Assembly: GCA_965612865.1 (NCBI GenBank)
Contig: CBFDTJ010000011.1
Location: 1-27,311, forward strand
Length of the DNA stretch: 27,311 nucleotides
Origin: an uncultured bacterium
GTDB taxonomy: Bacteria > Caldisericota > Caldisericia > B22-G15
Direction of reading: 5' to 3'
A program made the position numbers and the translations under genes. Shown here in pieces: positions 7,934-16,121 of the stretch. The notes beneath the pieces were generated by a model, which saw only the letters and a program-made list of their open reading frames with translations, was not told the origin of the DNA and made no database searches. Numbering within the stretch: position 1 is the first letter of the stretch; the number at the start of each line of letters is the position of its first letter.

Positions 7934-9490
7934 ATGAAAAAATTTATTTTAATTCTATTTATATTTTCCATGTTTACAGGTTGCGTTCCAAAGATTAACA
8001 ATGAGGTTTTACTGTTAGCAGAGAAGGAGGGTAAAGGTTTCTACATATCTTCTTCTCTTTGGGGGAACATAGGGTATGATCCCTTTTACCTTACAACCAT
8101 TAAAGAAACACCTCCGGATGTATGGAGTGAGATTAAAAAGTTAAATTTTTCCTATATAAGATGCCACAATCTTTTATCAGATGGAGAATGGGGCGGGAAT
8201 GTGTACAGTGAAGATGAGAATAAAAATCCAGTGTATGACTTTAGCAGGGTGGATGAGGTTATTGATAGATTTCTTGATGCTGGACTTAAACCAATTCTTG
8301 AGATGGATTTTATGCCTGATGCCCTTGCGTATGGAGAGATCGTAAGGAACTATTCTGGAGGAGCTATTAACTGGCCAAATGACTACGACAAGTGGTGGAA
8401 TCTAATTTATACTCTTACAAATCATTTAGTTGAAAGATACGGAATTGATGAGGTTAAAAATTGGTATTTTGAGATATGGAATGAACCCGATTTAGATAAG
8501 TACTACATAGGTGGAGGTACAAGGAATAAGGAGCTAAGTAAAGAGGGCCTTATGAACTTCTTTAAAATGTATGATTACTTTGCAGATGCTGTGAAATCTG
8601 TTAACAATGAGTTAAAAGTTGGAGGACCCGGTATTGCTGGAAGGGAGGATTTTTTAAAGAGATTCCTTGAACATGTGGCAAGAGAAAGGAACTATAAAAC
8701 AGGGGAGATTGGTAGCCCTATTGATTTTATAAGCTGGCACACATATGGAAATATTGATGGTATTTTAAAAAAGAATATTAGAATTAATGAAATGATAGAT
8801 GAATATCCGAAGCTGAAGGATAAAGAGAGACTGGAGGATGAGTGGGGACCAAGTATAACCAGAGAAAGGGAAAGAGAGATGTATACTTCAAGCAGTGAGT
8901 ATTTCCCTGTATTTCTTGTAAAGATGATAGATGGGCTTATCTATAATGAGGATGCAAGACCCACGCTTTTTCTCAAGTGGGGAAGACCTATAAATGGATG
9001 GAGACCCTTTTTTATAGAGATAAGAGGATATAAATTTAAACTTCCAATATACTTTGGGTATGAGGTGCTAAAGAATATAGAAGGGGAAGCGTTTTCTCTA
9101 AAGGGGACAGATTTTGGTGATGAGCTTCACGGTTTCTTCGTCTCCAATGAAAATGAATTGTGGGTTGTTGTTTATAATTTTAATGAGGAATGGAGAGAAA
9201 AGGCATCTAATAAAGAAGCGAAGCTTTTCCTTAAAGATCTTCCTTCAGATAAGTTTAAACTTACAGAGTACTTAATAGATGATTCACATTCCAATATAAG
9301 GTATGTTCTCTCAGAGATGGGGAAGAAGGTAAAAGATTTAACAGAGGAAGAGCTAAAAATGCTTAAGAAGAAAAATGTGTGTTTTAAGATAGAAAGGGAG
9401 GTTAGTGCAGTAAATAAAGAGTTAACTCTTTCTTTTGAGATGAATGGTGATTCTATGAGAGTATTTCATCTTGTCGGGATAGGTGAATAA
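7934..9490 (+). CDS. Glycoside hydrolase family 39 (beta-xylosidase-like) lipoprotein
   Basis: Lipobox MFTG-C; YIRCHNL, E-MDFMP, WYFEIWNEPD (acid/base), KVGGP, DFISWHTY, DEWG (probable nucleophile); C-terminal beta-sandwich 'YLIDDSHSN'. Confidence 0.88.
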   Translation: MKKFILILFIFSMFTGCVPKINNEVLLLAEKEGKGFYISSSLWGNIGYDPFYLTTIKETPPDVWSEIKKLNFSYIRCHNLLSDGEWGGNVYSEDENKNPVYDFSRVDEVIDRFLDAGLKPILEMDFMPDALAYGEIVRNYSGGAINWPNDYDKWWNLIYTLTNHLVERYGIDEVKNWYFEIWNEPDLDKYYIGGGTRNKELSKEGLMNFFKMYDYFADAVKSVNNELKVGGPGIAGREDFLKRFLEHVARERNYKTGEIGSPIDFISWHTYGNIDGILKKNIRINEMIDEYPKLKDKERLEDEWGPSITREREREMYTSSSEYFPVFLVKMIDGLIYNEDARPTLFLKWGRPINGWRPFFIEIRGYKFKLPIYFGYEVLKNIEGEAFSLKGTDFGDELHGFFVSNENELWVVVYNFNEEWREKASNKEAKLFLKDLPSDKFKLTEYLIDDSHSNIRYVLSEMGKKVKDLTEEELKMLKKKNVCFKIEREVSAVNKELTLSFEMNGDSMRVFHLVGIGE

Positions 9491-9492
9491 TA

Positions 9493-9501
9493 TGTTATAA
9501 T
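9493..9501 (+). promoter_or_regulatory. Extended -10 promoter for the M24-family gene
   Basis: Perfect TGnTATAAT (TGTTATAAT) in the intergenic gap; SD GGAGG before ATG 9528. Confidence 0.6.
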
Positions 9502-9527
9502 TTAAACAAAAAGATTCGGAGGTTCGT

Positions 9528-10616
9528 ATGGGTAGTATTTTTGAGGAGAGAGTGAGAAGATTTCAAGAACTTATGAGAGAGAAAGATATAGATGCTTCTG
9601 TGATAAGAACGCTGTCCACATTTATATATTTTACAGGAGTTAAGTGGCTGAGGCCTTCCCTTCTTATCCCTGCTCAAGGAGATCCAGTGGTTATTGTGGT
9701 TAAAAACGAGAAGGAACTTTTTATGAAAAAATCATGGATAAAGAATGTACTTGAATATCAAAAGACAGGGCAGCTTATGGCTCTTGTTACCTCATGGATA
9801 AGAAAGAATGGATACAAAAATGTTGGGTTTGAATACTCCATTGAGAAGGATTCCTATCTATTGTTTTTTGAACTCTTCAAAGCTTTGAATCCAAAGATAA
9901 ACATAGTTGATGTAAGACCACTAACTATGAGTTTAAGGATGCTTAAAGAGGAATGGGAAATTGAGAATATAAAAGTTGCCGGTGAGATTGCCGTTAAGGG
10001 TATAAAGAAAGCTCTTGATGTGATTAAAGAGGGAAAAAGTGAGCTTGAGGTGGTGGGAGAAATAACCGGTGAACTTATGAGGAATGGAAGCGAGCATCCC
10101 CAGGTTTATGTTTCAGCAACGCCAAGAATTCATGCTGAGCCTTTCAGGGATGTATACATAGAGAAAGAAAAGTTTGTTTCTGTTGTAATTGGAGCAGATT
10201 ACAATAACTATTATGCAAACATTACAAGAAGTTTCTTTCTGGGTAAACCCGAGGGTAGGGTAAAGGATGCCATTGAAGCGATGGATGCAGCATACGAAAT
10301 TGCTATGAAAGAGACAGAGATAGGAGTGAAGTTCAGAGTGGTAGAGGCAAAAATTGAGGGTGTTTATAAAGATTTGAATTTACTTGATTACTATATAGCT
10401 GGCTACACTCATGGCGTGGGATTACTTATAGAGGAAGACCCCATAACCACTATAGTTGTAGCTCAGCGTTCAATGGAACCAGAGAAAGGTATGGTTCTTG
10501 CCTTTGTTCATTCTCCATTGATGTTACCTGAAGGTGTAGTTAAAAAAGAGGATACTGTAATAATAGGTGACGAAAAGATAAATGTAACAGAGATTGATAC
10601 TCCCTGGATTCTCTAA
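9528..10616 (+). CDS. M24 (Xaa-Pro peptidase/creatinase fold) protein with non-canonical metal site
   Basis: Creatinase_N-like 'IYFTG'; 'LRMLKEEWEIENI', 'GKSELEV', 'ITRS', 'HGVGL', 'GMVL', 'KEDTV'. Confidence 0.85.
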   Translation: MGSIFEERVRRFQELMREKDIDASVIRTLSTFIYFTGVKWLRPSLLIPAQGDPVVIVVKNEKELFMKKSWIKNVLEYQKTGQLMALVTSWIRKNGYKNVGFEYSIEKDSYLLFFELFKALNPKINIVDVRPLTMSLRMLKEEWEIENIKVAGEIAVKGIKKALDVIKEGKSELEVVGEITGELMRNGSEHPQVYVSATPRIHAEPFRDVYIEKEKFVSVVIGADYNNYYANITRSFFLGKPEGRVKDAIEAMDAAYEIAMKETEIGVKFRVVEAKIEGVYKDLNLLDYYIAGYTHGVGLLIEEDPITTIVVAQRSMEPEKGMVLAFVHSPLMLPEGVVKKEDTVIIGDEKINVTEIDTPWIL

Positions 10617-11341
10617 TCGTTCTTTGACTTAAACCATTTTATAAGTAGATTTTTGTATTCCTTTGAGTTTAGTATTTCTCCTATTTCAACATTGAGTTTT
10701 TCCCTTAACTCTGTGTCAGTACTTTTTAGTACGATTGTATAACCCTGTTCGTATATTCTTGTGGTATTAAATTTTTCTTTGTCCACTCCATATATATCCA
10801 TCAATGGTTTTTCTATTATCAGTGCGTCAGCTTTACCCTCTTCAATCATTGAAAGAGATTTAGCCAAGTCTTCAAAAGGAATCTTTTCCACATTCTTAAC
10901 TTTTCTCACTATGTCTTCAGAAAATGTGTATAGTGAAAGGATTACTTTTTTATCTTCCAATTCCTCCACTGAACAAATTGGCTTCTCTTTTTTTGAGATT
11001 ATGTAAAGGGAGATGTCAAAATATGGCAGTGTGAGGGAGACATTTTCAGGATAAGTGAATTGCAGTGGATATCCTCCAAGAAGGATTCTCACTCTCCCTT
11101 CCTTAAGATAGTTAAAGGATTCATCAAAGGGTATGATTTTGTATTCAGGTTCCAATGAAAGATTTTTAAATATAATTTCCATAAGCTCTATATCAAAACC
11201 AACAAGTTCACCATTCTCCTCATAAATAAATGGAGGAAAATCATCTGGAGTCCCAACAATGATTTTCTCCACTTCTATTTTCTGACAAGAAGAGAGTAAG
11301 AAAACTAACAAAAATAATAAGAGTAGTATTTTTTTCATCAT
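10613..11341 (-). CDS. Polar amino-acid ABC substrate-binding lipoprotein (SBP family 3)
   Basis: Lipobox LSS-C; 'VGT..FPPF.Y..NGELVGFDIEL', 'GKADA', 'EY..L..KWF'. Start placed at ATG 11341 rather than TTG 11356. Confidence 0.88.
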   Translation of the reverse strand: MMKKILLLLFLLVFLLSSCQKIEVEKIIVGTPDDFPPFIYEENGELVGFDIELMEIIFKNLSLEPEYKIIPFDESFNYLKEGRVRILLGGYPLQFTYPENVSLTLPYFDISLYIISKKEKPICSVEELEDKKVILSLYTFSEDIVRKVKNVEKIPFEDLAKSLSMIEEGKADALIIEKPLMDIYGVDKEKFNTTRIYEQGYTIVLKSTDTELREKLNVEIGEILNSKEYKNLLIKWFKSKND

Positions 11342-11360
11342 TTCTAAATTATACAACAGA

Positions 11361-11588
11361 TTACTTTATTACTTTGCCTGTATATGTGAAACTACTCTGC
11401 CTCAGTTTAATCCACCTTCCTTCATCTTTTCCTATTATATTCCCGCACTCACACTTTACAATATCCCCGTCTCTTTTTGAAAAATCCTTTACTATGCGAC
11501 TTTTGTATAATCTTAATACTCTTCCCTCTCCCACCTTTATATATCTAAATAATTTTTTTCCGCACTTTGCACACTTTATGGTGATCAT
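11361..11588 (-). CDS. Small basic zinc-ribbon protein of unknown function
   Basis: CAKC and CECG pairs; ATGA overlap with the upstream gene. Confidence 0.75.
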   Translation of the reverse strand: MITIKCAKCGKKLFRYIKVGEGRVLRLYKSRIVKDFSKRDGDIVKCECGNIIGKDEGRWIKLRQSSFTYTGKVIK

Positions 11589-12625
11589 TTCTTCTTCTTT
11601 TTCTTTTTAAGGAAAAATTCCTTAAGCACTATTGAACCACCTATTATTATTCCAAGATAGTAGTAGAAGAATCTCCAGAGAAGAATGAAGGCAACCAGTG
11701 GTTGCCTTGGAAGGAAAGCAGAGAAAAATACAGCGATACCTAATTCAGCAGCACCAGAAGTGCCTGGCGTTGGGGTAAAAGCTACAGATAGAAAAAACAC
11801 AATGGCAACAAATATTATCTCCAGCGCTGGTGATTCTGAACCTAAAGCTCTTAAAAGTACCACCGGAAGAAGGAGAGAAGTAAGCCAGCAGAGAAGACTG
11901 TAGAAGAAGATAATGAATAGTTCCTTCATCTTCCCTTTACTCAAATTCTTTTTTCCTTCTTCAAATAGATGTATATTTTTCTCTATCTCGTCGTTAACCT
12001 TCTTTGATAATTTTGGTGGGAGCAGTTTTTCAACTAATCTCTCAATAAAGTCTGCAAATTTTCTCGTCTTAAGAAATGCAAGAAGCAATAGAATTGATAT
12101 GAATATGTAAAAGGCTAAACCTATATCAAGAGCAATATTTACTGATTTTGGGAGGTTCCATTTAAGACGAAATATTACAACAAATATGGGGATGGCGAGA
12201 AATAAACTTATCCTTGCTATAAAGGTCATAAGATCCTTTACCAGCAGGAAGAAGGCGCTTTTTCCATACTCTACATTGTGGTTTTTACTGAGTAGATACA
12301 TTTGAAATGGCTGTCCACCTGTCTGGAAAGGAGTTATGGCAGAAAAGAAGTTGCCAATAAGGGTGAGATTTATAGCCTGTGTGTATGTTATGTTGATATC
12401 AAGAATTTTTGCAGAGTAGATTACCTTTAATGCCTCAAATATCCAGCTCAGACCAACCAGACTGAAGGATACAATTAAATAAAGAGGTTCTATTCCAAGT
12501 ATTGTTTTTAAAAAATTTCCACCTTTACTTATAGCTACTATTATAAATATGGCAATAATCGTAAAAAGGAAAGATAGAAACAGATTCTTTCCTATTGATT
12601 TAAGATCTATCTTTTTCTCGTTCAT
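11585..12625 (-). CDS. Lysylphosphatidylglycerol synthase TM domain / UPF0104 flippase-like membrane protein
   Basis: Multiple TMs; 'FFSAITPFQTGGQP', 'PTPGTSGAAE', 'LLWRFFYYY'. Confidence 0.9.
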   Translation of the reverse strand: MNEKKIDLKSIGKNLFLSFLFTIIAIFIIVAISKGGNFLKTILGIEPLYLIVSFSLVGLSWIFEALKVIYSAKILDINITYTQAINLTLIGNFFSAITPFQTGGQPFQMYLLSKNHNVEYGKSAFFLLVKDLMTFIARISLFLAIPIFVVIFRLKWNLPKSVNIALDIGLAFYIFISILLLLAFLKTRKFADFIERLVEKLLPPKLSKKVNDEIEKNIHLFEEGKKNLSKGKMKELFIIFFYSLLCWLTSLLLPVVLLRALGSESPALEIIFVAIVFFLSVAFTPTPGTSGAAELGIAVFFSAFLPRQPLVAFILLWRFFYYYLGIIIGGSIVLKEFFLKKKKKKK

Positions 12626-12662
12626 TGAAATAATTATACAATTTCAGTTATAATAAATGCAA
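12625..12662. promoter_or_regulatory. Overlapping divergent promoters (pheS on +, flippase-like gene on -)
   Basis: +: TTGAAA 12625-12630, 18 nt, TATAAT 12649-12654. -: TTGCAT 12662-12657, 18 nt, TATAAT 12638-12633. Confidence 0.6.
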
Positions 12663-12683
12663 ATCCAAAAAGGAGAGTTTTCA

Positions 12684-13694
12684 ATGGAAAAGGAGATTCT
12701 GGAAAGATTTAATAATGAGCTAAAGAGAGTAAAAACTCTTCAGGAGTTGAATATTCTTAGAGTTAAATACCTTGGAAAGAAGGGTATAGTAAAAGAACTC
12801 ATGGATAAGATAAAAGAGGTTCCAAAAGAGAAGAGAAAGGAGTATGGAATTTCAATTAACAGAATTAAAGGAGAGATTGAAGTTAGAATAAAAGATTTAG
12901 AGAAAACTCTAAGAGAGAAAGAGCTTGAAAAAAAGCTTGAAAAAGAGAGAGTTGATATCACTCTTCCAGGCTATCCTGTTGAGGTAGGAAAGAAACACAT
13001 AATTACTCAAACTTTAGAAGAGATAGAAGATGTCTTTTTAAAGATGGGTTTTTCCATATACGAAGGCCCAGAGATAGAATCTGATTATTACAATTTTGAG
13101 GCTCTAAACATACCTAAATATCATCCTGCAAGGGACATGTGGGATACTCTCTTTCTTTCCGGGGGACTGCTTTTAAGAACACATACCTCTCCAGTTCAGA
13201 TAAGAACAATGGAAAAAATTAAACCTCCTTTGAGAATAATATCTCCAGGAAAATGTTATAGAAGAGATCCGTTTGATGCTACACACTCCCCAATGTTTCA
13301 TCAGATAGAGGGTCTTATGATAGACGAAAAGACTTCAATGACAGATTTAATGGGAATTCTTGATCTTTTTGCAAAAAAGATCTTTGGAGAAGATACGAGA
13401 ACGAAATTTTATCTCTCGTACTTCCCATTTGTGGAGCCTGGAATTGAAATGGCTGTAAGCTGTATCTTTTGTGGTGGAAAGGGATGTCCTGTCTGTAAAT
13501 ATACTGGATGGATTGAAATCCTTGGTGCGGGAATGGTTCATCCGAAGGTGCTTAAAAATGTTGGATACGATCCTGAAAAATGGCAGGGATTTGCCTTTGG
13601 AATGGGAGTTGAAAGGATAGCCATGCTCAAGTATGGAATAAAGGATATAAGGTTTTTCTTTGAGAACGACAGAAGATTTCTAAAACAATTTTAA
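12684..13694 (+). CDS. pheS: Phenylalanine--tRNA ligase alpha subunit
   Basis: HPARDMWDT, LLRTHTSPVQ, YRRD..DATHSPMFHQIEG, FPFVEP, CIFC..CPVC, GFAFGMGVER; start ATG 12684 follows SD AGGAG. Confidence 0.98.
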   Translation: MEKEILERFNNELKRVKTLQELNILRVKYLGKKGIVKELMDKIKEVPKEKRKEYGISINRIKGEIEVRIKDLEKTLREKELEKKLEKERVDITLPGYPVEVGKKHIITQTLEEIEDVFLKMGFSIYEGPEIESDYYNFEALNIPKYHPARDMWDTLFLSGGLLLRTHTSPVQIRTMEKIKPPLRIISPGKCYRRDPFDATHSPMFHQIEGLMIDEKTSMTDLMGILDLFAKKIFGEDTRTKFYLSYFPFVEPGIEMAVSCIFCGGKGCPVCKYTGWIEILGAGMVHPKVLKNVGYDPEKWQGFAFGMGVERIAMLKYGIKDIRFFFENDRRFLKQF

Positions 13695-13706
13695 TGAGGA
13701 GAGAAA

Positions 13707-16121
13707 ATGAAAGTTTCAAGAAGATGGCTTAACGAAATATTTAGATTTGAAAGAGACATTGAAGATGTAAAAGATACTTTGTTAAACAGAGGTCTTGAGA
13801 TAGAAGAGACCTTTGAAAGAAAAAGTCTTTTATCCAATGCCTTCGTGGGAAAGGTAAAATCTATAAAGAAAATATCAGACGCACTCTCTTTTGCTGAGAT
13901 AGAAGTTTCTGGAAAAGTGTATCCTTCAGTTACCGGTGCAAAAAATGTTAAACCGGGAGATAAAGTCCCGGTTTGCCTTCCAGGAGGCACCATATACCAC
14001 TATGAGAAAAAGGGAGATGAAGAGATACCTGTTCCTTACAGGATAAAACCAATGGAGTTTAATGGATATAAATCAGAAGCAGTGCTTTTATCTTACAAAG
14101 AGATGGGGATTCCCGACAAGGTTCTTGGAGAAGAAGATAAAAAGGGTATTTTTATTCTTCCTGATGATACAGAGGTAGGTGTTGATTTAAGAGAAGCACT
14201 GTGGCTTAATGATACCATATTTGAGATAAAGACATATAACAGAGCAGATTGTCTCTCTTTGTGGGGTATCTCTTATGAGTTTAAGAGATTGGGGCTTGGA
14301 AAGATAGTCAAGGAATACGAAAGCGTAAGCATCCCATCTGATTTAAAGGATATGAGTTTTGAGATTGAGGTTTTAGATGATAAGTTGTGTCCAAGATATG
14401 TGGGAATTATCATAAGAGATGTGAAGGTTAGGAAAGCTCCACTTAAGATTTTAAGGAAACTTATTACAATAGGTGCAAGACCTGTAAATAATATTGTGGA
14501 TATAACAAATGTCTTAATGTTTGAGTATGGTCAACCTCTCCATGCCTTTGATCTTGATAAAATTCATGGAAAGTTGATCGTAAGGAGAGCAAATAAGGGA
14601 GAGAAGATAAAAACTCTTGATGATAAGGTAAGAGAACTTGATGAGGGGATGCTTGTTATTGCAGATGAGAAAGGACCAGTTGCCATAGCAGGAGTTATGG
14701 GAGGAAAGGAGACTGAGGTTAGCTATGAGACCAGGAATGTACTTTTAGAGTCTGCCAACTTCCTTGCATCCTCAATTTCTGTTACCAAGAGAAAGTTAAA
14801 AATAAACAGTGAGGCCGCTGTTAGATTTGAGAAGGGAGTTGACATAAGAAAGACTCTTGAGAACGGATGGAGAGCCTCTTTAATGTTTGGTGGATCTTTA
14901 AATGAGAAACCATTTGATTTTTATCCAGAGCCTCAGGAGGAGAAAAAGATTAAGGTGAGATTTGAGAGGGTGAGGAGAATTATAGGTATAGATATATCAA
15001 ATTCAGATATAATAGATTCACTCCGTAGAGGAGGTTTTGAGTTAGAGAATGTAAGTGAAAAGGAAGCCACTTTTGTTGTAAAACCCTTCAGACCGGATAT
15101 TTCACAGGAAATAGATTTAATAGAGGAAGTTATAAGATATAGAGGAATAGAAAATCTACCGTACACGCTTCCATCTCCTGAAATTTCTGTTTTTACTCCA
15201 GATAAGAGAAGGAAACTTAGAAAAAGGATTGTGAATATTTTAACTTCCCTTTCCATGGATGAGGTAATTACACTCTCTCTTATAGATTCTCAATATCTTT
15301 CCCTGTATCCTATTGAGAGAGAGCCCATAGAAGTGGTTAATCCATTAAGAACAGATCAGAATGTTTTAAGAACCTCTCTAATTCCTCTGCTTTTAAAGGT
15401 GGTTGATAGGAATATAAAGATGGGCAACAAGAATCTAATGCTTTTTGAGATAGGGAAAGTTTTTTACAAAGAGAAAGATTTTGTAGAAAAAGAGGAACTT
15501 TCGGGAGTGATTACAGGAAAGATTAGAGAGAATTTATGGATGGAAAAAGATAAAGAATTTGATTTTTTCTATCTTAAAGGAATTGCTTCTAAGTTTTTTG
15601 AGGAATTGAAAATAAATGAAGTAAAGCTTGTTTCAGGGTCTAACAAACTTTTCCATCCATTTAGATATGCAACAATTCAATTGAAGGATTTAAAGATAGG
15701 TGAGATGGGAGAGATTCATCCAGCTCTCCTTGAGAAGTTGTCTATCCCTCAAAGAATTTATGCTTTTTCAATAGATTTTGAAACATTACTTGATGTGTTT
15801 GAAGATAAAAAGGAATACGAGAGCATATCTAAATTCCCACCACTCACCTTTGATATAGCAATAGTTGTTTCTGAGGACACTCCTAGTGGGAAATTGATGG
15901 AGATAATAAAACAGGAGAGTGGGGAGATTCTTTCAGACATACACATCTTTGATCTTTACAGAGGAGAGAATATAGGATCTGGAAAGAAAAGTATTGCCTT
16001 CAGGCTCACCTTTTCTTCAAAGGAGAGGACACTTGAAGATAAAGATATCTTTCCAATAATAGATAGAATAGAAAAGCGAGTACAGAAAGAACTCTCGGGA
16101 AGTTTAAGAAAAAGAAATTGA
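13707..16121 (+). CDS. pheT: Phenylalanine--tRNA ligase beta subunit
   Basis: NRADCLS, NNIVDITN..GQPLHAFD, AIAGVMGG, RFEKG, RPDI..EIDLIEEV, NPL..LRTSL, FDX-ACB 'FDLYRG..GKKSIAF..RTL'. Confidence 0.98.
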   Translation: MKVSRRWLNEIFRFERDIEDVKDTLLNRGLEIEETFERKSLLSNAFVGKVKSIKKISDALSFAEIEVSGKVYPSVTGAKNVKPGDKVPVCLPGGTIYHYEKKGDEEIPVPYRIKPMEFNGYKSEAVLLSYKEMGIPDKVLGEEDKKGIFILPDDTEVGVDLREALWLNDTIFEIKTYNRADCLSLWGISYEFKRLGLGKIVKEYESVSIPSDLKDMSFEIEVLDDKLCPRYVGIIIRDVKVRKAPLKILRKLITIGARPVNNIVDITNVLMFEYGQPLHAFDLDKIHGKLIVRRANKGEKIKTLDDKVRELDEGMLVIADEKGPVAIAGVMGGKETEVSYETRNVLLESANFLASSISVTKRKLKINSEAAVRFEKGVDIRKTLENGWRASLMFGGSLNEKPFDFYPEPQEEKKIKVRFERVRRIIGIDISNSDIIDSLRRGGFELENVSEKEATFVVKPFRPDISQEIDLIEEVIRYRGIENLPYTLPSPEISVFTPDKRRKLRKRIVNILTSLSMDEVITLSLIDSQYLSLYPIEREPIEVVNPLRTDQNVLRTSLIPLLLKVVDRNIKMGNKNLMLFEIGKVFYKEKDFVEKEELSGVITGKIRENLWMEKDKEFDFFYLKGIASKFFEELKINEVKLVSGSNKLFHPFRYATIQLKDLKIGEMGEIHPALLEKLSIPQRIYAFSIDFETLLDVFEDKKEYESISKFPPLTFDIAIVVSEDTPSGKLMEIIKQESGEILSDIHIFDLYRGENIGSGKKSIAFRLTFSSKERTLEDKDIFPIIDRIEKRVQKELSGSLRKRN

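Noticed and set aside
12657..12683. N-terminal extension of PheS from ATG 12657
   Set aside because: This ATG is only 2 nt past the -10 box; ATG 12684 has an SD and matches typical PheS starts.
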